NCBI GenBank assembly: GCA_044344255.1
Contig: JBIJDH010000002.1
Coordinates: 416,001-480,000, forward strand
Reading direction: 5' to 3'
From: Myxococcota bacterium
Lineage (GTDB): Bacteria; Myxococcota_A; UBA796; UBA2385
DNA length: 64,000 nt
A program made the translations under genes and the position numbers. Positions 1 to 8,766 of the stretch are shown piece after piece. The number at the start of each line of letters is the position of its first letter. Within the stretch, counting starts at the first letter, position 1. The notes below the pieces were generated by a model. The model was not told where the DNA came from. It did no database searches and saw nothing but the letters and a program-made list of their open reading frames with translations.

Positions 1-389
1 GCGATCTCGAGCGCTTGCTCGCCGCTGTCGGGCTGAGAGATGAGCATCTCCTCCGTCTTCACGCCGAGGGCGCGGGCGTAGTTGATGTCGAGGGCGTGCT
101 CGGCGTCTACGAAGGCGGCGACCCCGCCCGCCTTCTGGCACTCGGCGATGGCGTGCAGGGCGATGGTGGTCTTGCCGGAGGACTCCGGGCCGTAGATCTC
201 CACGATGCGGCCGCGGGGCAGTCCGCCGACGCCGAGGGCGAGGTCTAGCGTGAGGCTGCCGGTGGGGATGACCTCGATGACCTGACGCTCGGTGTCTCCG
301 AGGCGCATGATCGAGCCCTTGCCGAACTGGCGCTCGATGGAGGCGACGGCGGCTTCGATGGACTTGGCGCGGGCGGGATCGATGGGCAT
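1..389 (-). CDS. recA: Recombinase RecA, N-terminal part (runs off the window start)
   Basis: Not in the ORF track. Manual translation from ATG at 389 gives [31 protein letters not shown]...[35 protein letters not shown]...FVDAEHALD...[13 protein letters not shown], with the RecA Walker [15 protein letters not shown] upstream. Confidence 0.98.
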   Translation of the reverse strand, partial: MPIDPARAKSIEAAVASIERQFGKGSIMRLGDTERQVIEVIPTGSLTLDLALGVGGLPRGRIVEIYGPESSGKTTIALHAIAECQKAGGVAAFVDAEHALDINYARALGVKTEEMLISQPDSGEQALEI

Positions 390-454
390 GGTGGGCTCCG
401 TTCAGGGTGGGGGCGGGTGGTGGTGGGCGGTTTGCGGGCGGTGGGGCCGTCTCG

Positions 455-471
455 CCTGGACACTTGTTTAG
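455..471. promoter_or_regulatory. Candidate LexA (SOS) box upstream of recA
   Basis: Imperfect palindrome CTGGAC-ACTT-GTTTAG about 66 bp upstream of the recA ATG. The minus strand CTAAACAAGTGTCCAGG matches 15/17 positions of the Myxococcus xanthus LexA consensus as I recall it (CTRHAMRYBYGTTCAGS). Confidence 0.7.
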
Positions 472-525
472 TACCCGGCCACCCGCCGCCTGACAAGCCT
501 CGAATGCGGACACAAAACGTCCGGC

Positions 526-1992
526 CTATCCCTGCTGCGGGGCGAAGCGCTCGCCGAGGCGGGCGAGCAGGCGCTTGTGGAGCCCCCCGAAGCCGCCGTT
601 GGAGAGGATGGCGACGACGTCTTCGGGCATCACGTTGGCGGTGATCTGGGCGGCGATGCTCTCGGCCGCCGCCTCGGGGGGGAGGCCCTGGCCCCAACAG
701 AAGGCCTCCTGGCCGCCCGCGCGTAAGGCGCGGACGAGCTCGGCGGCGTCGAAGCGCTCGTCCACGCCGGGGCCGCCATCGGGGGGCGGGGCCACCACCA
801 CGACGTCCGCGGCGCCGAAGGCGACGGCGTAGGCCTGCTGGAAGACCTTGCGGCGGCTCGTGTTGCTGCGCGGCTCGAAGATGGCCCAGAGGCGACGGCC
901 CCCGAAGCGCAGGCGGAGGGCGGCGAGCGTGACGTCGACGGCGGTGGGGTGGTGGGCGAAGTCGTCGATGACCGTGACCTGACCGGGCTCACCGATGATC
1001 TCCTGTCGGCGCTTGATGCCGAGGAAGCTCTCGAAGCCCTGCGCGAGCTCCTCGACCGTCACCCCCTCTCGGGTGAGCGCGGCCACCGCGGCGACCTGGT
1101 TGTAGAGGTTGTGCTCGCCCACCAGCGAGGAGCGGAAGGTGCCGAGCACCCGCCCCTCGTGGCTCACGGTGAAGCGCATCGTGCCGGCGGTGGTGTCGGC
1201 GTCGAGGATGTGTCCGTCCCAGTCCTGGCCCGGGCCGTAGCGGCGGACCTCGCAGGCGGCGTCGGTGAGGACATCGACCACGTCCGCGTGATCCCAGCGG
1301 GCGACGATGCAGCCCTCGGCCGGGACGAGCGCGACCAGCTTGCGGAAGGACTGCTTGTAGTGGTCGAGGTCACGGTAGATGTCGGCGTGGTCGAACTCCA
1401 CGCTGGTGATGATGGCGGTGCGCGGGCGGTAGTGGAGGAACTTCGGGCCCTTGTCGAAGAAGGCGGTGTCGTACTCATCGCCCTCGATGACGAAGTGGAT
1501 GCCGCTGCCGGAGCGGGCCGTGCGGTCGAAGTTCTTGGCCACCCCGCCGACGAGGAAGCCGGGGTCACGCCCGGCCGACTCGAGCAGCCAGCTGATGAGG
1601 GCGGTGGTGGTGGTCTTGCCGTGGGTACCGGCGACCACGATGTTGCGCCGATCGGCGAGGAAGAGCGCGCCGAGCAGGCCGGGGAAGGAGAGGTAGGGGA
1701 TGTCGCTCGCGAGCAGGGCCTCCGCCTCGGGGTAGCTCGCGCGGACCACGTTGCCGACCACCACGAGGTCAGGCCGCTTGGCGAGGTTCTCGGCCTTGAA
1801 GCCCTCCATGACGTCGATGCCCAGCCGGTCGAGGTAGTCGCTCATCGGCGGGTAGACCTTGTTGCCGTCCGAGCCGGTCACCCGGTAGCCGGCGTCGACC
1901 AGCATGCCGGCGAGGGCGGCCATGGCGGTGCCGCCGATGCCCATGACGTGGACGTGGCGGCAGGGGGAGGGGAGGGCGGTGACGAGGGGCAT
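526..1992 (-). CDS. mpl: Murein peptide ligase Mpl (MurC-like Mur ligase)
   Basis: HVMGIGGTAM, YPPMSDYL, VAGTHGKTTT, PGFLVGGV, EGDEYDTAFFDKGPKFLHY, DDFAHHPTA, FEPRSNT, LSNGGFGG. Start taken at MPLV (1992). Confidence 0.9.
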   Translation of the reverse strand: MPLVTALPSPCRHVHVMGIGGTAMAALAGMLVDAGYRVTGSDGNKVYPPMSDYLDRLGIDVMEGFKAENLAKRPDLVVVGNVVRASYPEAEALLASDIPYLSFPGLLGALFLADRRNIVVAGTHGKTTTTALISWLLESAGRDPGFLVGGVAKNFDRTARSGSGIHFVIEGDEYDTAFFDKGPKFLHYRPRTAIITSVEFDHADIYRDLDHYKQSFRKLVALVPAEGCIVARWDHADVVDVLTDAACEVRRYGPGQDWDGHILDADTTAGTMRFTVSHEGRVLGTFRSSLVGEHNLYNQVAAVAALTREGVTVEELAQGFESFLGIKRRQEIIGEPGQVTVIDDFAHHPTAVDVTLAALRLRFGGRRLWAIFEPRSNTSRRKVFQQAYAVAFGAADVVVVAPPPDGGPGVDERFDAAELVRALRAGGQEAFCWGQGLPPEAAAESIAAQITANVMPEDVVAILSNGGFGGLHKRLLARLGERFAPQQG

Positions 1993-1999
1993 CGGGGCC

Positions 2000-2659
2000 T
2001 CAGGGGAGACGGTGGGCGAGGGGCGGGGAGGGGAGGCAGGCGAGGAGGGCGGGCGGGGCGGCCGGATCGGCGCGGAGCCGGTCAAGATCGGCGGGCTCGT
2101 CGAGGTCGTAGGCGACGGGGAGCAGGCGGACGGTCAGGCCGCTGGCGGCCGCCCGAGCGAGGGAGCGCTCGAGCAGCGCGGGGGTGGACCAGGGGAGCCC
2201 GCGCCAGAGATCGGCGGCGCGGGCCCGGTCTCCTACCCCCACCATCCAATATCCTCCATCGAGGGCCGGCCCGAAGACCACGTCGGCCTCTGACTCGGCG
2301 GCGATCTGGAGCTGGCGCGGATCGAGGCCCGGGAGGTCGGTGCCGAGGGCGATCCGTCGGCCGGGCCCCCGCAGCGCGTAGAGGAGCCGGGCGCCGAGGT
2401 CTCCCGCGGCTTGCGCCTCGACGGCGAGGCCGCGGTTGAGGAGGCCGAGGGCGAAGGGGGAGTCGAGCGGGCCGTCGAGCGAGACGGTGACCGGCAGCCC
2501 GCTCGCGAGGGCGCGCTCGACGGTCAGCTCGACCAGCGCGGCGTGGAGCCGGGCCGCCCCCTCCGCGCCGAGGGCGGGGATGAGCCGGGTCTTACAGCGA
2601 CCGGGCACCGGCGGCTTCGTGAGGATGACCAGGGCCGGCCCCGCGTGGCGCGCGCTCAC
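2000..2659 (-). CDS. DUF2064 / TIGR04282-like glycosyltransferase-A-fold protein
   Basis: ILTKPPVPGRCKTRL, GDLGARL, GTDLP, GPALDGGYWMVG, LPWST, DLDEPADL. The GTG start overlaps the upstream TGA (GTGA). Confidence 0.85.
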   Translation of the reverse strand: MSARHAGPALVILTKPPVPGRCKTRLIPALGAEGAARLHAALVELTVERALASGLPVTVSLDGPLDSPFALGLLNRGLAVEAQAAGDLGARLLYALRGPGRRIALGTDLPGLDPRQLQIAAESEADVVFGPALDGGYWMVGVGDRARAADLWRGLPWSTPALLERSLARAAASGLTVRLLPVAYDLDEPADLDRLRADPAAPPALLACLPSPPLAHRLP

Positions 2660-3423
2660 CGCCGGTATCTCCACACCGACCAGATGATCTTCGAGCCGGC
2701 GCGCAGCGTGCCCTCGACCGTGCCGCTGATCTTCGAGACGCCGATCCGCGGCCGGTAGCCGACCTGGACCTCGCGGATGCGGAGGCCGCGGCGGGCGGCC
2801 TTCATTTGCATCTCGACGTTCCATCCGTAGTTTCGGTCGATCATCCCGAGCTCGAGCAGGGCGCTCATCCGGATGGCGCGGAAGGGGCCCATGTCTCGGT
2901 AGACATGGCCGGTGACGGCGCCGATGAGGGCGGTGGCGAGCGCGTTCCCGTAGCGCTGGTGGGGGAGGAGGGATCCGGGCGCCGCCCGCTCCACCCGGCT
3001 GCCGAGCACGAGGTCGGCGGCGCCGTCGAGGATGGGGCCGACGAGGAGGGGGAGCTCGTCGGGGTAGTCCGAGCGGTCGGCGTCGAGCACGACCAGCACC
3101 TCGAAGGGCGGCGCCTGCGTCGCGGCCCAGGCGATGCCCGCCTGCACGGCCTGCCCGTAGCCCCGCCGGGGCTCGGACCGCACGACGGCGCCGTGCTCGC
3201 GGGCCACCGCGGCGGTGTCGTCGTCGCTGCCGTTGTCGACCACGACCACGGCCCCGACGGCCGGGAGCTCAGCCAGCACCGAGGGGAGGCTACGCGCCTC
3301 ATTGAGGGCCGGGATCACCACCACCACTCGGGCGAAGGGCCCCTCCGTCCGGGTGGGCTCGGGGGTGCCAAGCTCGGGGGTGCCAAGCTGGGGGGTGCGG
3401 GGCGCGGCGCGGGTCGTGGTCAC
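2656..3423 (-). CDS. Glycosyltransferase family 2 (polyprenol-phosphate glycosyltransferase-like)
   Basis: VVIPALNEA, VVVDNGSDD, GYGQA, LDADRSD, LVLGSR, DMGPFRAI, YGWNVEMQMKA, SKISGT. Start uncertain (GTG 3423). Confidence 0.88.
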   Translation of the reverse strand: MTTTRAAPRTPQLGTPELGTPEPTRTEGPFARVVVVIPALNEARSLPSVLAELPAVGAVVVVDNGSDDDTAAVAREHGAVVRSEPRRGYGQAVQAGIAWAATQAPPFEVLVVLDADRSDYPDELPLLVGPILDGAADLVLGSRVERAAPGSLLPHQRYGNALATALIGAVTGHVYRDMGPFRAIRMSALLELGMIDRNYGWNVEMQMKAARRGLRIREVQVGYRPRIGVSKISGTVEGTLRAGSKIIWSVWRYRR

Positions 3424-3577
3424 GCGGCCGTCTAACGGAGCCGGCGCCCCGCCGGAGCGGGACCGCGAGGTGTAAAGGACCGGCGAGGACGGTCGATCCG
3501 GGCCATGTTGGGGGTTAGCTCCCACCGGCTCCCGAGGCTCCACGCCCCTGCGGCCCCGAAGGATGATGGGTGGACCG

Positions 3578-6490
3578 ATGACAAGACGACCGAAGACCTT
3601 CCAGATCGCCTTGCTCTCGCTCTCGCTCATCGGGGGCGCCGCCGGATACGTCGGCGGAGGCTCGGCCGAGGCCGCGCCCAACCCCTTCCGCGTGGAGAGC
3701 GCTGCTCCCGCGCTGAAGGCCGGCGCGAAGGACAAGATCCGGATCACGGTGGTCGTCCCAGAGGGTTACCACGCCTACCGCGACATGATGAGCGTGGTGG
3801 CCACCGACCCGGCCGGCCTCACCCTCGGCGAGGCGAGCTTCCCACCGGGCTTGACCGTGCCGGACCCCGCCAACCCCGGCGCCACCCGCGAGCAGTACGA
3901 CTTCGACGTGCTGATCGACGTCCCCGTCACGGCTCCGAAGGCGGGCGGCACCTTCAACCCCACCTTCCACGTCGTGTACCAGGGCTGCAAGAAGGGGGTC
4001 TGCTACCCGCCGGTGGAGGCGGACATCACCGTCCCCGTCACCGTAAACCCGCCCGCGAAGGGCGCGATCGAAGCGCCGGGAGCCACGCTCGCCGCGGCCC
4101 TGCCGCCCCCGGCTGAGATCTCGCTGGTCTCGACGGTCGGCGGGGGAGCGCCGCCCGCAGACCACGGCACCACCCTGCACGCCGGCCCCGCGCTGGCGCC
4201 CCCCGCGATCGACCTTTCGGCGGTGCCGCCCGGCGCGACGGTCCGCACCGTGGACGCGCAGGGCAAGGCACACCCGGTCACCGCCTACCTCCTCGCCGAT
4301 CACGACGCGGTCGTGCCGGGACAGCCGCTCCGCCTCGGGGTGCTGCTCGTTCAGCAAGAGGGCTGGCACACCTACTGGCGCTCGCCGGGCGACATCGGGC
4401 TGCCCACGCAGATCACCTGGGGCCTGCCCGCTGGGGTGTCGGCGGCGCCCTTCGCCTTCCCCGCCCCGGCCCGCTTCGAGCTCCAGGGCATCGTCTCCTA
4501 CGGCTACGACGGTCAGGTGCTGCTCTCCAGCGATCTCACCGTCCCCGCTGGCCTCACGGGCGGCACCCTCCCGGTCACCGCGGAGGTGAGCTGGCTCGTC
4601 TGTCAGAGCTCGTGCATCCCCGGCAGCGCCAGCTTGAAGCTGGAGCTGCCCATCGCGGCGGCCCACGCGGCGAGCTCGGCCGCGCCGCTCTTCGACGCCT
4701 ACGCCAAGGCCCTCCCGGTGCCCACCGCCTCGGTGTCGGCCTTCGCCGTGGAGTCGGCGATCTCGGCCTCCGCGGTGCACCCCGACGAGGACTTCAAGGC
4801 CGCCTTCCTCATCCACCCCACCGGCGACAAGCCCCTCGACCTCCAACATGGTCCAGGGAGCTGGCCGATCTTCACGCCGATCATCGACGGGAGCTGGATG
4901 TTGATGGGCGCGACCACGACCCCCGCCGAAGGGGGGGGGCTGCTCGTGGTCCTGGAGGGGCGCACCTTCGACGTCCCCGAGCCACTCCCGGCTGCAGACA
5001 AGGTCGGCGGGCTCATCCAGATCAAGGTGGGGCCCGGAGAGGCGGACTGGGTGCGCACCGAGCTCACCACACCGCTGCCCTGGGTGGCCAAGGGCGCGGC
5101 GGTCACGGCGAGCCCCTCGCCCCTCTTCTCCATGGTGACGGCCTCCTCGGGGGGCGCCCCGCCCTCGGGGGACGGCGCGGTGGCCGCCGCGGACCCCTCG
5201 GAGCGCGGCCCGTCGGAGCCCCCGCCGGCCGCCCAGAGCTTCCCGATGATGATGCTCCTCGCCTTCTTCGGCGGGGTGCTGCTCAACATCATGCCCTGTG
5301 TGCTCCCGGTGCTCACGCTCAAGCTCTACAGCCTCGTCGGACAGGGCGAGATCAGCGACCGCGAGCGACAGACCGCGGGTGTCGCCTACTCCGCCGGGAT
5401 CATCGCCAGCTTCCTCGCGCTCGCTACCGTGGTCATCGGGCTCCGGTCGGTGATGGACATCCAGGTCGGCTGGGGCTTTCAGTTCCAGTACCCGGGCTAT
5501 GTGGCGATCCTGGCCACGATCGTCTTTGTCTTCGGCCTCTCTTTGTTCGGGGTCTTCGAGATCCCGGCGGTGGGAGCGGACGCCGCCTCGAAGACCGCCC
5601 ACGGCAAGGAGGGCATCGCCGGGTACTTCCTCACCGGCGTCTTCGCGACCCTGCTCGCGACCCCTTGCAGCGCGCCCTTCCTCGGCACCGGGATGGGCTT
5701 CGCGCTCTCGCTGCCGCCGGCGGGGATCCTGCTCTTCTTTGGCCTCGCCGGCCTCGGCCTCGCGGCGCCCTTCCTGCTCATCGCCTTCGTGCCGGTGCTC
5801 TACCGCTTCCTCCCGCGCCCGGGCGAGTGGATGATCACCTTCAAGCAGGTGCTGGGCTTCTCCCTCATCGCCACCACCGTCTGGCTCATCGACGTGCTCG
5901 GCGCGCAGGTCGGGCGGGATGGGATGACCGGCTACCTCGCCTTCCTCACCTTCGTCGGCTTTGGGGCCTGGCTCTTCGGGCGCTACGGCTCCGCGATCGA
6001 GACCGGGGCCCGGCAGATCGGGGTCTTCGCGGCGGCGGTGGCCCTCTCGGCCTTCGGCGGTTGGCGGTTCCTCCACCTGGACTTCGCGCCGGCGGAGGGC
6101 GGCGCTCCCACCGCGCTCCAGGCGGAGGGGCTCGACTTCAGCGAGCACATCCCCTGGCAGGCCTTCTCCGAGGCCCGCGTAGACGAGCTGGCCGGCAAGA
6201 CCGTGTTCATCGACTTTACCGCGGAGTGGTGCCTCACGTGCAAGGTGAACGAGAAGACTGTGTTGAGCTCGGAGACCGTCCGCGGTGCGATGAAGGCGCA
6301 GGGGGTCGTGCCGCTCAAGGCGGACTGGACCCGCCGGGACGAGGTCATCACCCGCTGGCTCCAGCGGTACGGCCGGGCGGGGGTGCCCTTTTACCTCGTC
6401 ATCCCGGCGGATCGCAGCGCGGCGCCCATCCCGCTCCCAGAGGTCATCACCCCGGACATCGTGCTGACCGCGCTGCGTGACGCCGGCTGA
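3578..6490 (+). CDS. dsbD: Thiol:disulfide interchange protein DsbD/ScsB-like with two N-terminal Ig-like redox domains
   Basis: Signal peptide; domain 1 YQGCKKGVCYPP; domain 2 WHTYWRSPGD...WLVCQSSCIPG; membrane core LNIMPCVLP and ATPCSAP; C-terminal thioredoxin DFTAEWCLTCKVNE. Confidence 0.88.
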   Translation: MTRRPKTFQIALLSLSLIGGAAGYVGGGSAEAAPNPFRVESAAPALKAGAKDKIRITVVVPEGYHAYRDMMSVVATDPAGLTLGEASFPPGLTVPDPANPGATREQYDFDVLIDVPVTAPKAGGTFNPTFHVVYQGCKKGVCYPPVEADITVPVTVNPPAKGAIEAPGATLAAALPPPAEISLVSTVGGGAPPADHGTTLHAGPALAPPAIDLSAVPPGATVRTVDAQGKAHPVTAYLLADHDAVVPGQPLRLGVLLVQQEGWHTYWRSPGDIGLPTQITWGLPAGVSAAPFAFPAPARFELQGIVSYGYDGQVLLSSDLTVPAGLTGGTLPVTAEVSWLVCQSSCIPGSASLKLELPIAAAHAASSAAPLFDAYAKALPVPTASVSAFAVESAISASAVHPDEDFKAAFLIHPTGDKPLDLQHGPGSWPIFTPIIDGSWMLMGATTTPAEGGGLLVVLEGRTFDVPEPLPAADKVGGLIQIKVGPGEADWVRTELTTPLPWVAKGAAVTASPSPLFSMVTASSGGAPPSGDGAVAAADPSERGPSEPPPAAQSFPMMMLLAFFGGVLLNIMPCVLPVLTLKLYSLVGQGEISDRERQTAGVAYSAGIIASFLALATVVIGLRSVMDIQVGWGFQFQYPGYVAILATIVFVFGLSLFGVFEIPAVGADAASKTAHGKEGIAGYFLTGVFATLLATPCSAPFLGTGMGFALSLPPAGILLFFGLAGLGLAAPFLLIAFVPVLYRFLPRPGEWMITFKQVLGFSLIATTVWLIDVLGAQVGRDGMTGYLAFLTFVGFGAWLFGRYGSAIETGARQIGVFAAAVALSAFGGWRFLHLDFAPAEGGAPTALQAEGLDFSEHIPWQAFSEARVDELAGKTVFIDFTAEWCLTCKVNEKTVLSSETVRGAMKAQGVVPLKADWTRRDEVITRWLQRYGRAGVPFYLVIPADRSAAPIPLPEVITPDIVLTALRDAG

Positions 6491-6523
6491 GCCGCCTCGA
6501 TCCGGGGCCAAGGTCCGAGGCGG

Positions 6524-7237
6524 CTAAAGGCAGGGATCGAGCAGGTGGGAGGCCTCGTGCGTGCGGTGAGCGCGGAGGCCGTCCGGACCCCAGGAGAGCA
6601 GGTTCACCGCAGTGTTCTTCTGGGAGAGCTCTCGCCAGCTCTGCAGGGGGCGGGCGAGCACCATCGACAGCACGCCCGCCAGCACCATCTGGTGGGTGAC
6701 CACGGCGAGGATGCCGTCGCGGGGCGTCTCGGCGCAGAGTTGGAGCAGCGCGGAGAGCCCTCGGGCCTGGCAGTCGACCATCGCCTCGCCGCCGGGCACG
6801 ACGGCCCGCGCCGGATCAGTCCTCCACGCCGCGAAGAACTCGGGGAAGGCGGTGGGGAGCTCGACGTCCTGGCGCCCCTCGAGCTCCCCCTGGTGGAGCT
6901 CCGTCAGTCCGGGCTCCAGCTCGATCGGCAGCTCGGGCCGGCCGATCCGGAGGGCCTCGGCGGTCGCGCGCGCCCGCGAGAGGGGGCTCGACACGAGGCG
7001 ACGGATGGGGAGAGGGGCGAGGTAACGGCCGAGGCGCCGCGCCTGCTCATGGCCTTCGGCGTCGAGGGGGATGTCGGTGCGACCGAGGAAGCGCCGCTCC
7101 ACGTTCCACTGTGTCTGTCCATGGCGGATGATCAGCAGTGGGAGCCGGCCGTCGGCGAGGATCGGGCGCCAGTCGAGGAGGGCCTCGTAAGGGCTCGGTG
7201 CGGAAGCGCCCGGCGGATTGCAGGGGGGGGTTGTCAT
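6524..7237 (-). CDS. Histidine phosphatase (phosphoglycerate mutase / CobC-like)
   Basis: IRHGQTQWN, DIPLD, SSPLSRARAT, ELHQGELEG, PGGE, VVTH. Confidence 0.88.
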   Translation of the reverse strand: MTTPPCNPPGASAPSPYEALLDWRPILADGRLPLLIIRHGQTQWNVERRFLGRTDIPLDAEGHEQARRLGRYLAPLPIRRLVSSPLSRARATAEALRIGRPELPIELEPGLTELHQGELEGRQDVELPTAFPEFFAAWRTDPARAVVPGGEAMVDCQARGLSALLQLCAETPRDGILAVVTHQMVLAGVLSMVLARPLQSWRELSQKNTAVNLLSWGPDGLRAHRTHEASHLLDPCL

Positions 7238-7269
7238 GGGGTACAGGGTAACCGAGGACACGAAACGAC

Positions 7270-8739
7270 ATGTCGCGGCGTATGAAGGGTTTCGATCCGC
7301 TGTCCAGCCTGTTTGAGGTGCCCGATCCGGCGATCGGCGCGCCGCTCCCCGCGGCTGACCCGGATGAGGTCGAGCGATCGGACGGCATCGTCGGGCAGGT
7401 GGACTTCACCGATCCGCTCTTTCGCACCCAGCCGGACCTCCCGGCCCCGCTGGCCGCCGATCTCCCCGAGCCGGGCGGCCTCAGCCCCCGCGATGTCGCC
7501 GCGCCGTCGGAGACGCCTACCCATGAGGCTGAGCCGGTGAACGCGGCGGATTCGTCGACCGAGCCTTCGACCGACGCTTCGACCGACGACGTGGGGTCCG
7601 TCGAGCCCGGCCCGTCCCAGGAGGACCCCGACGAGGCCGCGTGGACCGAAGAGGCGGCGCTGGCCGGGCTCTCCGAGGGAGAAGGTCGTGCCGTCGATCT
7701 CGCGGTGCCGAGCGCCCCGATCGAGGTTGCCGCGCCCGCCGCCGAGCCGGCGATGGACAAAGCGGCGATCGCCCGCGCGGTCGCCAAGGCGGCCGCCCTC
7801 CGCATGGCCGCCGCCGCCAAGGCCGCGCCGCCGCCTGCCTCAACCCTGGCGAAGCCGGCCCCGGCGCCGGTCCAGGCACCCCCCGCGGTGACGCCGCCGG
7901 CGGCCCGCTCCGCCCTCGCCGGCGCGCCGCCCCCGGGGCGCTCGGCGCTCGCCGGCGCGCCGCCCCCGGGCCGTAGCGCGGCGCCCTCGCCGACGCCGGC
8001 CCTCGCCAAGCCGCCTCCCGCGGCGCCGAAGCCGGCCCCGCGGCCCGCGGCCCCCGCCGCTCCGGCGCCCCCCGCCTCGCGCCTCGCCGCGGTGGCCGCC
8101 CCGCGCCCCAACCGCCCGATGTCGGCCCTCGAGGCGGTGCGCGCCGCCGCCGAGGCGGAGGAGAAGGCCGGGCAAGCGGCGGCTCGGCCTGCGGCGCCCG
8201 CGACTCCGCCGGCTCCGTCGCGCCCCGCTGCCTCGGCCCCCGCTCCCGTACGGCCTGTGGCACCGGCGCCTGCCCACGCTGCGGCGCCGGCTCCCGCCCG
8301 CGCTGCGGCGCCGACTCCGGCGCGGCCTGCGCCGGCCGCCGCCGCCCCCCGCCCGATCCCGCCAGCACCGGCGCCTGCGCCGCGTCCCCCCGCCTCTCGC
8401 GGCGGTCGCTCTCTCGCTGATCGTGTGCAGGCCCTGTTCCCCCAGTGGCTGCCCTCGGTGGGCGAGCTCAAGGTGGCCAATGCCCTCGTCTGTGACCAGC
8501 GGGAGCCGCTGATCGGGCTCTGGCGGGCACATCGGGCCCGCTTCCTCGCGGTGGGCGAGCTCGAGCGGGCGGTCGGGGCGGCCACGGTCGTCCACGCCCT
8601 CGAGCACACCCCCCAGGGGCAGCTCGTGGCGGCGCACGTGGTCACCCAGGCCAGCGACTACCTCGTCTGGCTCGACCTCAACTCCGAGTCCTTGGTCGCC
8701 GCCTTCGCAGACGCCCGCGCTTACTTCGCCAGCGAATGA
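7270..8739 (+). CDS. Hypothetical protein: acidic N-region, long Pro/Ala-rich linker, about 110-aa folded C-terminal domain
   Basis: 489-aa ORF with GAGGA SD and host-like codons. Internal duplication RSALAGAPPPG x2 (about 7906-7971). No family recognised. Confidence 0.7.
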   Translation: MSRRMKGFDPLSSLFEVPDPAIGAPLPAADPDEVERSDGIVGQVDFTDPLFRTQPDLPAPLAADLPEPGGLSPRDVAAPSETPTHEAEPVNAADSSTEPSTDASTDDVGSVEPGPSQEDPDEAAWTEEAALAGLSEGEGRAVDLAVPSAPIEVAAPAAEPAMDKAAIARAVAKAAALRMAAAAKAAPPPASTLAKPAPAPVQAPPAVTPPAARSALAGAPPPGRSALAGAPPPGRSAAPSPTPALAKPPPAAPKPAPRPAAPAAPAPPASRLAAVAAPRPNRPMSALEAVRAAAEAEEKAGQAAARPAAPATPPAPSRPAASAPAPVRPVAPAPAHAAAPAPARAAAPTPARPAPAAAAPRPIPPAPAPAPRPPASRGGRSLADRVQALFPQWLPSVGELKVANALVCDQREPLIGLWRAHRARFLAVGELERAVGAATVVHALEHTPQGQLVAAHVVTQASDYLVWLDLNSESLVAAFADARAYFASE

Positions 8740-8766
8740 GGGCCCTCCTCGGCGGGTGACGGAGGC

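Noticed and set aside
2000..3423. Arsenosugar biosynthesis cluster
   Set aside because: Only a DUF2064 protein and a generic GT2 are present. No ArsM, ArsS or arsenic resistance genes.
4931..4939. G9 tract in dsbD as a phase-variation site
   Set aside because: In frame (Gly3), and similar G/C runs occur elsewhere. No evidence without read data.
3515..6511. 998-aa minus-strand ORF, and similar giants at 13874-15856, 33690-36407, 46819-50310, 51684-54665 and 54232-56391
   Set aside because: Antisense shadows of well-supported genes. They are R/G/A/P-rich with no motifs, as expected at this GC content.
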